Shown here in pieces: positions 54,234-64,000 of a stretch of 64,000 bases of DNA. Source of the DNA: Chara braunii (lineage: Eukaryota; Plantae; Charophyceae). The stretch's first letter is position 1, and each line of letters opens with the position of its first letter. The stretch is from contig BFEA01000031.1 in the NCBI GenBank assembly GCA_003427395.1, forward strand, positions 1,073,218 to 1,137,217, written 5' to 3'. Below the pieces are notes generated by a model. It did no database searches, was not told the DNA's origin, and saw only the letters and a list, made by a program, of their open reading frames with translations. The translations under genes and the position numbers were made by a program.

Positions 54234-54590
54234 TGTTTTGGTGCCAAAAAACCGCATGACACTTCGACAAAGCTCCAGAACCACAGGATAAGCTACTACT
54301 CACTGGACTCCCTCACAAGGGACAGTCGAACCTCCCACCAGAAGTCCATGTCCCTCTGTTCTGGCGCCAAAACCCCTCATTACACTTCGACAAAGCACGA
54401 ATACCACTGGATAAGCTTACTCACCGAACTCACTCACAAGGGACAACCTCCCACCAGAAGTCCATGTCCCTCTGTTTTGGCGCCAAAANCCCTCATTACA
54501 CTTCGACAAAGCACGAATACCACTGGATAAGCTTACTCACCGAACTCACTCACAAGGGACAACCGCCCACCAGAAGTCCATGTCCCTGTA
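54234..54590. repeat. ~115-120 bp tandem repeat, 3 units
   Basis: TGTTTTGGYGCCAAAA..ACACTTCGACAAAGC..GGATAAGCT..CTCACAAGGGACA..CCACCAGAAGTCCATGTCCCT occurs three times. Confidence 0.9.
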
Positions 54591-57266
54591 TATTATTTTA
54601 TTTATCGATTCATTTATCAATACCTCCACTTCCCACAATTAAGCCGCAATTCTGCATCAGCTGCTGCATCTCAACTCCCCTTTCGCTCTTTTCCCTATTA
54701 AAAGTCGAAACACTTTATCATCCAATAAACCCTTAAAGCTCTACGACACCTTTAGAATTATCCTTCCACCTCCTGTGATTCTGCAGGCTGCATATTTTGA
54801 CCGAAGGTAAGGTTTCCCGCCCACCTTTTTGAGCAAACAGTATTTTTTCCAAATTTGCACTGAAGTCTTTAACTGCCACTTCACTGGATTATAAACCAAG
54901 AAACGCCTCAACGAATGTATGTGCACACGCCCATTAGCCCATTAGCGCGTGCACACTGCAGGACAAGTTTGCAATTTGGGAAACTACTATCACCCAGTGC
55001 CATAGGGATTCATTGGACGTGGTCTAAGATAAAACCAGTAAGGTCACTGCTTCTCCAATCCATGACCGCTGGGGTCGGCTTGGATTCCTGCCATGGCATT
55101 GAAAAAGCCATCAAGGACATCAGATAAGAAAAACACAGCGCTGGGACAAAGAAGAAAAACTGGCAATCCTCCTCCTGCCTCCGGGAGGGGGAAAAAAAAA
55201 AAAAAAAAAAAGTTTAAAGAACGCACTACAAGGTGGGAACCATGGATGGACAGGACTTCATGCAATTCACTGCATACAGCAGACGCTCATCACCAGAGAG
55301 ATGGCTACCACACCCAAGAAAGGCAGCAGGCGCGTAAATTACCTGCAATTCACTGCATAGGGAGGTAATGACAATAAATAACAAAATACTGAACTTGAAA
55401 AAAAAACGAGTATAAAATACAGTGAGACAAGATTTGAAATGTTGATATGTACAGATCCACAATTGCATAAGTGGATTATGATGCCATTACGCGGAGGTAC
55501 TTTCTTTGAGGGCGTACTCACACTAGGACTTTCCTGCATGAATCTGACTGCGATTACGGGCCCAAGCATAGGTGCATCTGACTGTACTTACGTCAAGAGC
55601 TGAATAGAAAAGGTCCCTAGTATGACTATGCCCTGAGACAAGATTGAAGTATCAAGATGAGCAGGAACTCATGGCCCATAAGGCCATTACGCGGATGTCT
55701 CCCAGGTTCAGACGCCGCGTTGTATTCGAGGTGATTGGCATTTGAGAGACTATATTATATATATCTAACCAGTCCGGCTGTTGTATCCCGAAATCTTCTG
55801 CCGCACTCCTTATTACCTCTCCGAGCAACGATTAAGCGTTTCGAGCTATAAGTTCGATTGCTCGTCTCTCAGACTTCAACTAATTCATTTTGGTGCCTCT
55901 TGGATCTGTGCCATGCCTATCTACTGATAGGTATCAGAAAGCAGACCAACAAGATAAACAGATGGATTGATGGATTGGTTGGTTGATTGATTCAGCCCTG
56001 CATTTTAAAGTGGCACAATCCATTCTTTTTTTTTTTTCTTTTTTTTTTTTTGGCACAATCCATTCTAGATCTAAGTTAACAAATTATTTATTCCATTTGA
56101 TGCTGAAACTTCGTTGGCGATGCCTTCTCTCACTCTCTTCCGAGTTCAGAAAGGCAGTGCCAACAAAGTTTCAGCATCAAAAGGCCGCGCCAACAAAAGT
56201 TTCAGCCTCGGTTGCCAAATACTTTTTGGGAGATTGATGCTTTCTTCATTCTTTCCAACCTTGGTACGAGTCATGTCAACGCTTTCTGCTGAACCAATCA
56301 ATCAATCAATCAATCAATCAANNNNNNNNNNNNNNNNNNNNNNNNNNNNNNNNNNNNNNNNNNNNNNNNNNNNNNNNNNNNNNNNNNNNNNNNNNNNNNN
56401 NNNNNNNNNNNNNNNNNNNNNNNNNNNNNNNNNNNNNNNNNNNNNNNNNNNNNNNNNNNNNNNNNNNNNNNNNNNNNNNNNNNNNNNNNNNNNNNNNNNN
56501 NNNNNNNNNNNNNNNNNNNNNNNNNNNNNNNNNNNNNNNNNNNNNNNNNNNNNNNNNNNNNNNNNNNNNNNNNNNNNNNNNNNNNNNNNNNNNNNNNNNN
56601 NNNNNNNNNNNNNNNNNNNNNNNNNNNNNNNNNNNNNNNNNNNNNNNNNNNNNNNNNNNNNNNNNNNNNNNNNNNNNNNNNNNNNNNNNNNNNNNNNNNN
56701 NNNNNNNNNNNNNNNNNNNNNNNNNNNNNNNNNNNNNNNNNNNNNNNNNNNNNNNNNNNNNNNNNNNNNNNNNNNNNNNNNNNNNNNNNNNNNNNNNNNN
56801 NNNNNNNNNNNNNNNNNNNNNNNNNNNNNNNNNNNNNNNNNNNNNNNNNNNNNNNNNNNNNNNNNNNNNNNNNNNNNNNNNNNNNNNNNNNNNNNNNNNN
56901 NNNNNNNNNNNNNNNNNNNNNNNNNNNNNNNNNNNNNNNNNNNNNNNNNNNNNNNNNNNNNNNNNNNNNNNNNNNNNNNNNNNNNNNNNNNNNNNNNNNN
57001 NNNNNNNNNNNNNNNNNNNNNNNNNNNNNNNNNNNNNNNNNNNNNNNNNNNNNNNNNNNNNNNNNNNNNNNNNNNNNNNNNNNNNNNNNNNNNNNNNNNN
57101 NNNNNNNNNNNNNNNNNNNNNNNNNNNNNNNNNNNNNNNNNNNNNNNNNNNNNNNNNNNNNNNNNNNNNNNNNNNNNNNNNNNNNNNNNNNNNNNNNNNN
57201 NNNNNNNNNNNNNNNNNNNNNNNNNNNNNNNNNNNNNNNNNNNNNNNNNNNNNNNNNNNNNNNNNN

Positions 57267-57356
<90 letters not shown>

Positions 57357-57524
57357 AATGAGTCACAAGGGGAGCATGCTTCACAAAGCAGCACCGCTGA
57401 AAGTAGGCAATCTGGTAAAAATGAAGAAAATCGTTTTTTCAAGCGAAAAAAAAATAAAAGAAGACTGTCGATCTAAATCCAAGAGTCAAACAAGAATGAA
57501 TACCACATATATATTGTCACATAT

Positions 57525-57735
57525 ATATCGTCACAAATAGAACTGCCCGGTAAACCGTAGGCAGAGAGAGAGAAGAGGACAACAAACGAGGGGCTGTGAC
57601 AAACTGTTTCGTCGGAGTTTCACCGACTGATCAGGAGGCTGAACCCTCAACAGTCTGCAGAATCCCCTCACTGATTACACTGTAAATGATAATCTACCTT
57701 AACCAAAATCAAAGTAGACTATCACTCACCCACAC
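57525..57735 (-). mobile_element. Hammerhead-bearing short repeat, family B, copy 2
   Basis: Near-colinear with 51275-51460; TA-rich microsatellite on both sides. Confidence 0.75.
57600..57657 (-). ncRNA. Type III hammerhead ribozyme, core G8 changed to C, triplet GUU
   Basis: Minus strand reads CAGACUGU-U-GAGG-GUUCAG-CCUC-CUGAUCA-GUCGG-UGAAACU-CCGAC-GAAA-CAGUUUG; perfect 5-bp helix II. Confidence 0.85.
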
Positions 57736-58297
57736 GTATATATATATATATCATATAAGAGTAAGAACTAGATATAGTCAAATATAATTTACTGCTGAAT
57801 ATTGAAAAACGATATAGCTGCCGTCTTTCCCCGAACATAACGCGCCCTGATAATGAACGTATACAAGCTGACTTTCCAGTCCGACACAGTCAAACTGAGG
57901 GTGCGTTGTGTTAGGTGGAAGACGGTAGAGAAACACGAAGTAAAGGGGGCGGCGGAGGGTGTCGTTGTGCAGTGTTACAGGCGAGTGACGACAGAGAAGG
58001 TGTGTGAAGATGATGGTGAGGAAAGGAGCCCGGTGAAAAGCAGGAACAGGATGGAGATAGCGAGGTCACCGCTGTGCATTAGAGTCCAGAAGACAAACCA
58101 TTATAGTATCCTCGCGAACATTACATCCAATCAAATCATAAGGGAAGCAGGTTGAAGATGAAGATGAAGATGAAGATGAAGATGAAGGAAAAAAAAAAAA
58201 AAAAAGAAGAGGAAAGACGAAGGAAGTAGGAAGGAGGGAAGGGACGAGGATCCTCGTTCCGCCACGTGGCAGGCATCCGTCGATTCGGCTTGGACTA

Positions 58298-58404
58298 CCG
58301 TCTTCCCCCGAACACAAAAAGCACCCTCATCATGACTGTACCTGACCGGAAAGCAAGCTACTATACGTACATCAGGAGGGTGCGTTGTGATCAGGGAAAG
58401 ACGG
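58298..58404. mobile_element. Related TA-flanked MITE subfamily (CCGTCTTCCCCCGAA)
   Basis: TA|CCGTCTTCCC...GGGAAAGACGG|TA. Further copies at 57821-57925 and 59853-59957; single ends near 34744, 35538, 59612 and 59760. Confidence 0.75.
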
Positions 58405-59319
58405 TAGGGGGAAATATGGAAGTCGGAAAAAAAAAAGAGAACGGAGAAGAAGAACAAGAAGTGTGCAAGCGAGGGCGTTCCTTCGTGCCGCCATCATCAC
58501 ATGTCAAACCGTTCGAAATCATTACGGGAGGGCATAAAAGTCAAAATGGGAAGAGAAAGAGGGGGCAAAAGAGAAGAGAGGGGGGGGGGGGAGAGGGAGG
58601 GAAGAAGGGAAGAAACGACGACGGAAGTCATCCGACGTGCCAACTACCGCAGATGATAAGGATGCGCAGGAGAAAGCAAAAGCTCTTCCTCCAATTAGAG
58701 CCGGGGCAAAACACTAAACGACAAAGAACAACGGATGATGGATGATAAGAGGAATCGATCGAGCGAGAAGAACGAAGAGAAAGAAGCAGAACGATCTGAG
58801 GCTGATCATTATTCGTCCAGAGCAAAGAGGGTCTGTCTGGCCTTCCTGCGATCTGGAAAGCATAAAATAGAGAACACTACAACTTCAAGAGATCAGCACC
58901 CAAAAAAAAAAAANNNNNNNNNNNNNNNNNNNNNNNNNNNNNNNNNNNNNNNNNNNNNNNNNNNNNNNNNNNNNNNNNNNNNNNNNNNNNNNNNNNNNNN
59001 NNNNNNNNNNNNNNNNNNNNNNNNNNNNNNNNNNNNNNNNNNNNNNNNNNNNNNNNNNNNNNNNNNNNNNNNNNNNNNNNNNNNNNNNNNNNNNNNNNNN
59101 NNNNNNNNNNNNNNNNNNNNNNNNNNNNNNNNNNNNNNNNNNNNNNNNNNNNNNNNNNNNNNNNNNNNNNNNNNNNNNNNNNNNNNNNNNNNNNNNNNNN
59201 NNNNNNNNNNNNNNNNNNNNNNNNNNNNNNNNNNNNNNNNNNNNNNNNNNNNNNNNNNNNNNNNNNNNNNNNNNNNNNNNNNNNNNNNNNNNNNNNNNNN
59301 NNNNNNNNNNNNNGGGGGA

Positions 59320-59575
59320 GGGGAGGAATCGATGACTCGAATAGAACGGATTCGCGTTGTATTCAAATATTTCGAACAGGGGAAAGGGGGGGGGTGGAGG
59401 GGAGGAATCGATGACTCGAATAGAACGGATTCGCGTTGTATTCAAATATTCCGGCTGTGCAAATAGAACAGCACATGCGTAGTATTCGAATAGAAGGCAA
59501 CCTATGCGGTGTATTCGAATAGAAGGCAACCTATGCGTTGTATTCGAATAGAAGGCAACCTGTGCATTGTATTCG
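59320..59575. repeat. Compound tandem repeats (~80-bp unit x2 and 29-bp unit x3)
   Basis: GGAGGAATCGATGACTCGAATAGAACGGATTCGCGTTGTATTCAAATATT x2; GTATTCGAATAGAAGGCAACCTATGCG x3. Confidence 0.85.
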
Positions 59576-60258
59576 TTTACACCGCAAATGCGTGTTATGT
59601 TGGGGGGAAGACGACGGGCAGCCTTTCGGCTTCACCTTCGATCTGACCACTGAGTGTTTTCAACAACAGTCTCTTCAATAGGCTCTCACTCACCTGCGCT
59701 CCAGTGTCTTCAGCAGGCAAACCGTTTAGACCGCAAGTGCGTTATGTTCGGGGGAAGACGAGTATAGCCTTTCCGATCTTACCATAGATCCGATCACTGA
59801 GTGTGTTTTGGCAACAGACAAGTCCCGTCAGGAGGCTCTCTCCTGCGCTCTACCGTCTTCCCCCGAACATAAGGCACCCTGATAATGAATGCATACAAAC
59901 TATCTTTCCGGCCAGATACAGTCAAAATGAGGGTGCGTTGTTTTCGGGCGAAAATGGTAGTCCCTTCAGGATGCAAAAACCTGGCACCTACGGTAGCCTT
60001 TCGGCTCCCACCTTCGATCCGACCACCACCGAGTCTTCTGGCCATAGACTGCTTGGCGTACCGACACTTGTAAGCAGTCATTACACCTCCGCATGTACTC
60101 ATGATCGGTGTTAGAGAGAGGAGAGGAGTCGGTACTATTTGCCACGTGGCAGGCGCGGGGGTAAGATAGGGTTCCAAGGCAGACATGCGTAGGGATCCGA
60201 TCTTGCCGGGGTCGCGACGAGGGCAACCCCGTCAGGCTCGGGGTCGGGACTAGGGCAG

Positions 60259-60469
60259 TCGGTGGTGTGCCACGTGGCAACCGCGGTAAAGATCGGTGGT
60301 GTGCCACGTGGCAACCGCGGTAAAGATCGGTGGTGTGCCACGTGGCAACCGCAGTAAAGATCGGTGGTGTGCCACGTGGCAATCGCGGTAAAGATCGGTG
60401 GTGTGCCACGTGGCAACCGCAGTAAAGATCGGTGGTGTGCCACGTGGCAATTGCGGTAAAGATCGGTGG
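60259..60469. repeat. 34-bp tandem repeat, 6 units, each with palindrome TGCCACGTGGCA
   Basis: Unit GATCGGTGGTGTGCCACGTGGCAACCGCGGTAAA repeated directly, without spacers. Confidence 0.95.
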
Positions 60470-60484
60470 AAATCAAGCTCACTA

Positions 60485-60589
60485 CCGTCTTCACCCGAAT
60501 AGAACGCCCGGTCATTATCGCTGCATCTGGACCGAAGGTTTTGCCAAATACAGCTATAATGACCGGGCGTTCTATTCGGGTGAAGACGG
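60485..60589. mobile_element. TA-flanked Tc1/mariner-type MITE (CCGTCTT termini)
   Basis: Perfect 34-bp TIR CCGTCTTCACCCGAATAGAACGCCCGGTCATTAT with TA on both sides. Confidence 0.9.
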
Positions 60590-61324
60590 TAGGTGAAAAT
60601 CGTGCACACGACAGACTTAAACACGATAGACTAAAACACTTGGTCGGTTCGAGAGAGTGGGGACCACATGACTCGATGCTGTGCGGACGTGGACGAAGAA
60701 GAAGAATAACAAGCAATAATGGCCAATTGCTTCTGTACAAGGTCAACAAACATTCAATTGCCAAAAAAAAAAAAAAAAACACTCAATTACTCATCAGGCA
60801 TGTTCATTTGCTCAAACTGCGCACGCTTCCCTCTCTACATGTTTCAACCGGGTGCGCTCTGGTCTTAACCACGCCTTTCGGTCGCCCCAGAACTCTACCG
60901 CCCATGAGCTTAAGAAGGCCAATGCGGCCTTGCCCTCTCTCTCTCTACCCCCCAGCTTAATTGAACGGTTTTTTAACCCTTCCCCCTTGCCCTCTCTCTC
61001 TCTACCCACCAGCTTATTTGAACGGTTTTTTAACCCTTCCCTTGCATGAGCAGCCTCACTATCTGCTTGGCCCTGATGAGGCCCTCATCCATCGTACTTC
61101 GGACGGACTATTACTATTAATAGAATGGTAGAACTGGCGGCGGGCGCTTTAGCTAATGAGTGACACACACGAAGAGGAGAAGGGATGAGATGGGCTCATC
61201 AGGGCCGAGCAGAGCGATAGGAAGCAAAAGGAAGACAAAGAGGACGATCTCGAGATCAAGAGAACAAGCAAAGAGGATGTTCATAGAGGATGACGAGAAC
61301 AAAACAGAAACCGGGTGGCGGACC

Positions 61325-61355
<31 letters not shown>

Positions 61356-63803
61356 ATGGAACAAATATGAGAGAGGACAAGGAGAGAGTAGTGGCGGAGA
61401 TGGCGAGAGAGAGAGAGAGGGAGCAGGCGGTCGAAATCTGTGACTACAGAGGTTGAGGATTGCGCGATCTGAAGAGAGCTCGGCGAGGACGAGCAAAGGA
61501 CGAAGAGGAGGAGGAAATGAGCGAACCCAAACAGGCTGATACATGTACTTTGAGATGTGGAAGTTAAGGATGCAAGGAGGAGAAGGATGCAGCAGTCAGT
61601 AAGGTAACAACCAACAGCAAAGATCAGGAAAAAATACAAAAAAACACAAATTTGCTACCCAGCTCATTCTCTCTTTCGGTCATGTGCAACCAGTGCTCCC
61701 TGCTCCACCTCGTGTCGCGACTCCTTCCCATCCTCCTCGTCTGATCTCCTTCTTCCTCTTCCCTCAAATCAAACAACCTTTCCCGTCCCGTAAAACAACG
61801 GGCCTACGAAAAACAATAATAATAATTATAATAATAATAATAATAATAAATAAAAATAAAAAATAAAAACGAACGACGGACCTACGCTATTAGTTCTGCC
61901 ACTCTCGTCAAATGTGGAAGAGAGAGGTTAAAAACAGCGCGAGTTCATCTTTTCCACCACCTTCAGGGTGAAGAATCTCCCGCCATTTTAACACGTGGAG
62001 AGTGGTGCCACGAGGCCCAAGATCGACGACAAGAAAGGGGACGCAGAGATCGAATCCCGAAGGAACTCGTTGAGGAGAGAAGTACGCAGACAAAAAGATG
62101 GGCACGACGAGGAGGGACACGACGATCGAGCAAAGCCGACGATGAGGGACGAAGGGAGGGGAGAGGATGATCGTGCAAAGACGACGACGAGGGAGGGAGG
62201 GAGGAAAACGAACACGAATAGAGGACGAAGGCAGCGGGCGGGGAACAAGACGCTTACCAGTAGTAGGAGACGACTGACTAACAGAAGCCGATTTCCCGAC
62301 AAGAACGTGATGGCGGTGAACTGCTGGTATTGTGACCACATGGCTGGCGGGGGCCTGCCCCCCCTTCCCCGCTCGGTGCGCATGAGAGCCATGCACAACC
62401 CCGCAAAAAGCGCCCACAAAAAACAGGGCCGGGCCCCCGGCCCAGCCAGCCAGGTCGTCACAGCGGGGGGTCGCTTTCGCCGCTGCACTCCAGTGGCAGC
62501 GGCACCTGCAGCGCGCATGCTGTATGGCTCAATGCCGCACTCTTCAGCACGTGAGCAGCGCATCTGCGATGTCTGCTGCATGCACGACACCGTCTGCAGG
62601 CAATTGCGCCGCTATGTGCAGGTCGCTGCAGGTGCTGCTGCCACTGGAATGCAGTGCGGCATGAGTTATCGCAGTACACTCATACCACGCGCGGGCGTGG
62701 GTGCGCAGCCAGGACGGCAGTGTACCGGAAATTTGGTTGCGATTGCACGTGACTGGAAACTACAGCCTTCTTTATTATTATTATTATTTTATTTTTATTT
62801 TTATTTATTTTTTTGATAAACATCAGAGTCGGCACTAGCTGTGGTGGTATGAGCATCCACAGCTAGTGGAATCTTCAGGGGCACGGTTCCACTAGCACAC
62901 GAGTCATGGCCTATTTGGACCTGTGCGGCACTGTAAGGAAAGGAAGAAAAGTAATTTTAAAGACTTAGAAAAAGAAAAATGGCGACGGTACATTTCCCAA
63001 GATGGGAAGAAGTCGGACTTTTGAAAGTGCAGCCGTCCCACTAACCCTCCCGTCTCCACCCTCTGCTCCCCACCCAGCCAATACCTAATAAGGACAGAGT
63101 GGTACGTGACTGTTGCAGTCTCGCATACCACCTCGAGGGAGTCCCTTCGTGTGCCTGATGGGACTCCCTCCTCTGACGGTTGCCATGCTGAAGCGTGCAT
63201 TTCGTATATTTTCAGAGAATCGAAGTACTGGATGGGGTTAACAATTGACCCGGAAAAAGAAGGGGGTCAAAATTATGCCCTTCGAGTACTTGATTTTTTT
63301 TAATCTTTTGAAGAGCTGCCAATTGAAATGAGTCTTTCTATTTTCTTTTCCCACCTCTATCTTGGGAACTGGAAAGAAAAAGCACAAAAAAAAAAAAAAA
63401 AAACCACCACTTCAGAATATAAATCCCTCGCAATTTTGCTGCCATCCGATTCTCCTGCATCAGTGGTGGGACGATGTCCCGCAGATGTCCCAAAGGTGTT
63501 TGTGGGACACTCAAGGTTCCACTAGCACCGCGACACCTGTGGGACGTCGGGGGGACATCCACCAGGTGTTGCTGCATCGAAATCCGAGGGTAGCGAAATA
63601 AAGATGTTTGTATATTTAAAATTTGTGTTTTAATTTACTTTTTCTTGTGTTTTTTTTTTCGGTGAATAACAGGATGTGGGGAAAAGAAATACCAGTTTCA
63701 GGATTGTGTGGCTTTTATGGGCCGTGATGGCAGTTTTTTTTCCCAGGGTTGGGGAATGTCAGGGCAGCGGTCAGGATGCGGCCAATTCTGTCACTAGACT
63801 ACA

Positions 63804-64000
63804 ATGTGACGCCCAACCTCACGCCCAGCGCGACTTCCTGATCGGAGTGGGATGGGGGCCTGGAAGTGCGAAGAGGGGTGTGCCAAGGATTTTTGGGAAA
63901 GTGGCGGGTTGAAGTCCCAGGTCGGAACTGGGATCTTCTGTGGCCGAGTTCAGGGGCAGAGATGCAATAGAGCGCTGGGAAAATTTACGGGCGCGGGCTT
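63804..64000. mobile_element. Start of a third, more diverged copy of the LTR-like repeat (runs off the window)
   Basis: TGTGACGCCCAACCTCACGCCC and GGGGTGTGCCAAGGATTTTTGGGAAA are shared with the 12304 copy. Confidence 0.6.

Noticed and set aside
56114-57442. ORFs of 356-415 aa
   Set aside because: They are artefacts of translating through N gaps; the same applies at 9.7, 29.0, 41.3 and 59 kb.
60259-60469. CRISPR-like array (palindromic repeat with 34-bp period)
   Set aside because: Units are contiguous with no unique spacers, there are no cas genes, and the context is eukaryotic.
61073-61090. Further hammerhead at CTGATGAG (also the CTGATGA matches near 587, 3277, 60791 and 61196)
   Set aside because: There is no downstream helix II plus GAAA and no helix I or III pairing.
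61908-62816. Overlapping 169-273 aa ORFs
   Set aside because: This is GC-rich sequence open in several frames with no motif or splice support; it could be UTR, promoter or TE.

Overview
Repeat-rich eukaryotic DNA from a draft assembly with N gaps and Nextera mate-pair adapter remnants. The plant-type gene, very long introns and Ty3/Gypsy-rich landscape suggest a streptophyte alga such as Chara (inference). One host gene can be rebuilt: a minus-strand, 6-coding-exon plant cyclic nucleotide-gated channel (CNGC, 748 aa, 33734-52701) whose predicted selectivity filter reads GSN instead of the usual GQN. Most other sequence is mobile DNA: three decayed Ty3/Gypsy elements (two with chromodomains, one with a PHD-like finger before the integrase), two ~2.6-2.8 kb LTR-like repeats, tRNA-derived SINEs, TA-, TAA- and TTAA-flanked MITEs, and a mitochondrial SSU rRNA fragment. 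The most notable signal is four copies of one type III hammerhead ribozyme (11.7, 41.9, 51.4, 57.6 kb). They sit in two different short non-coding repeat families next to microsatellites. Each copy has a different lesion, but together they give a complete consensus ribozyme, pointing to a retrozyme- or Penelope-like self-cleaving RNA element system.
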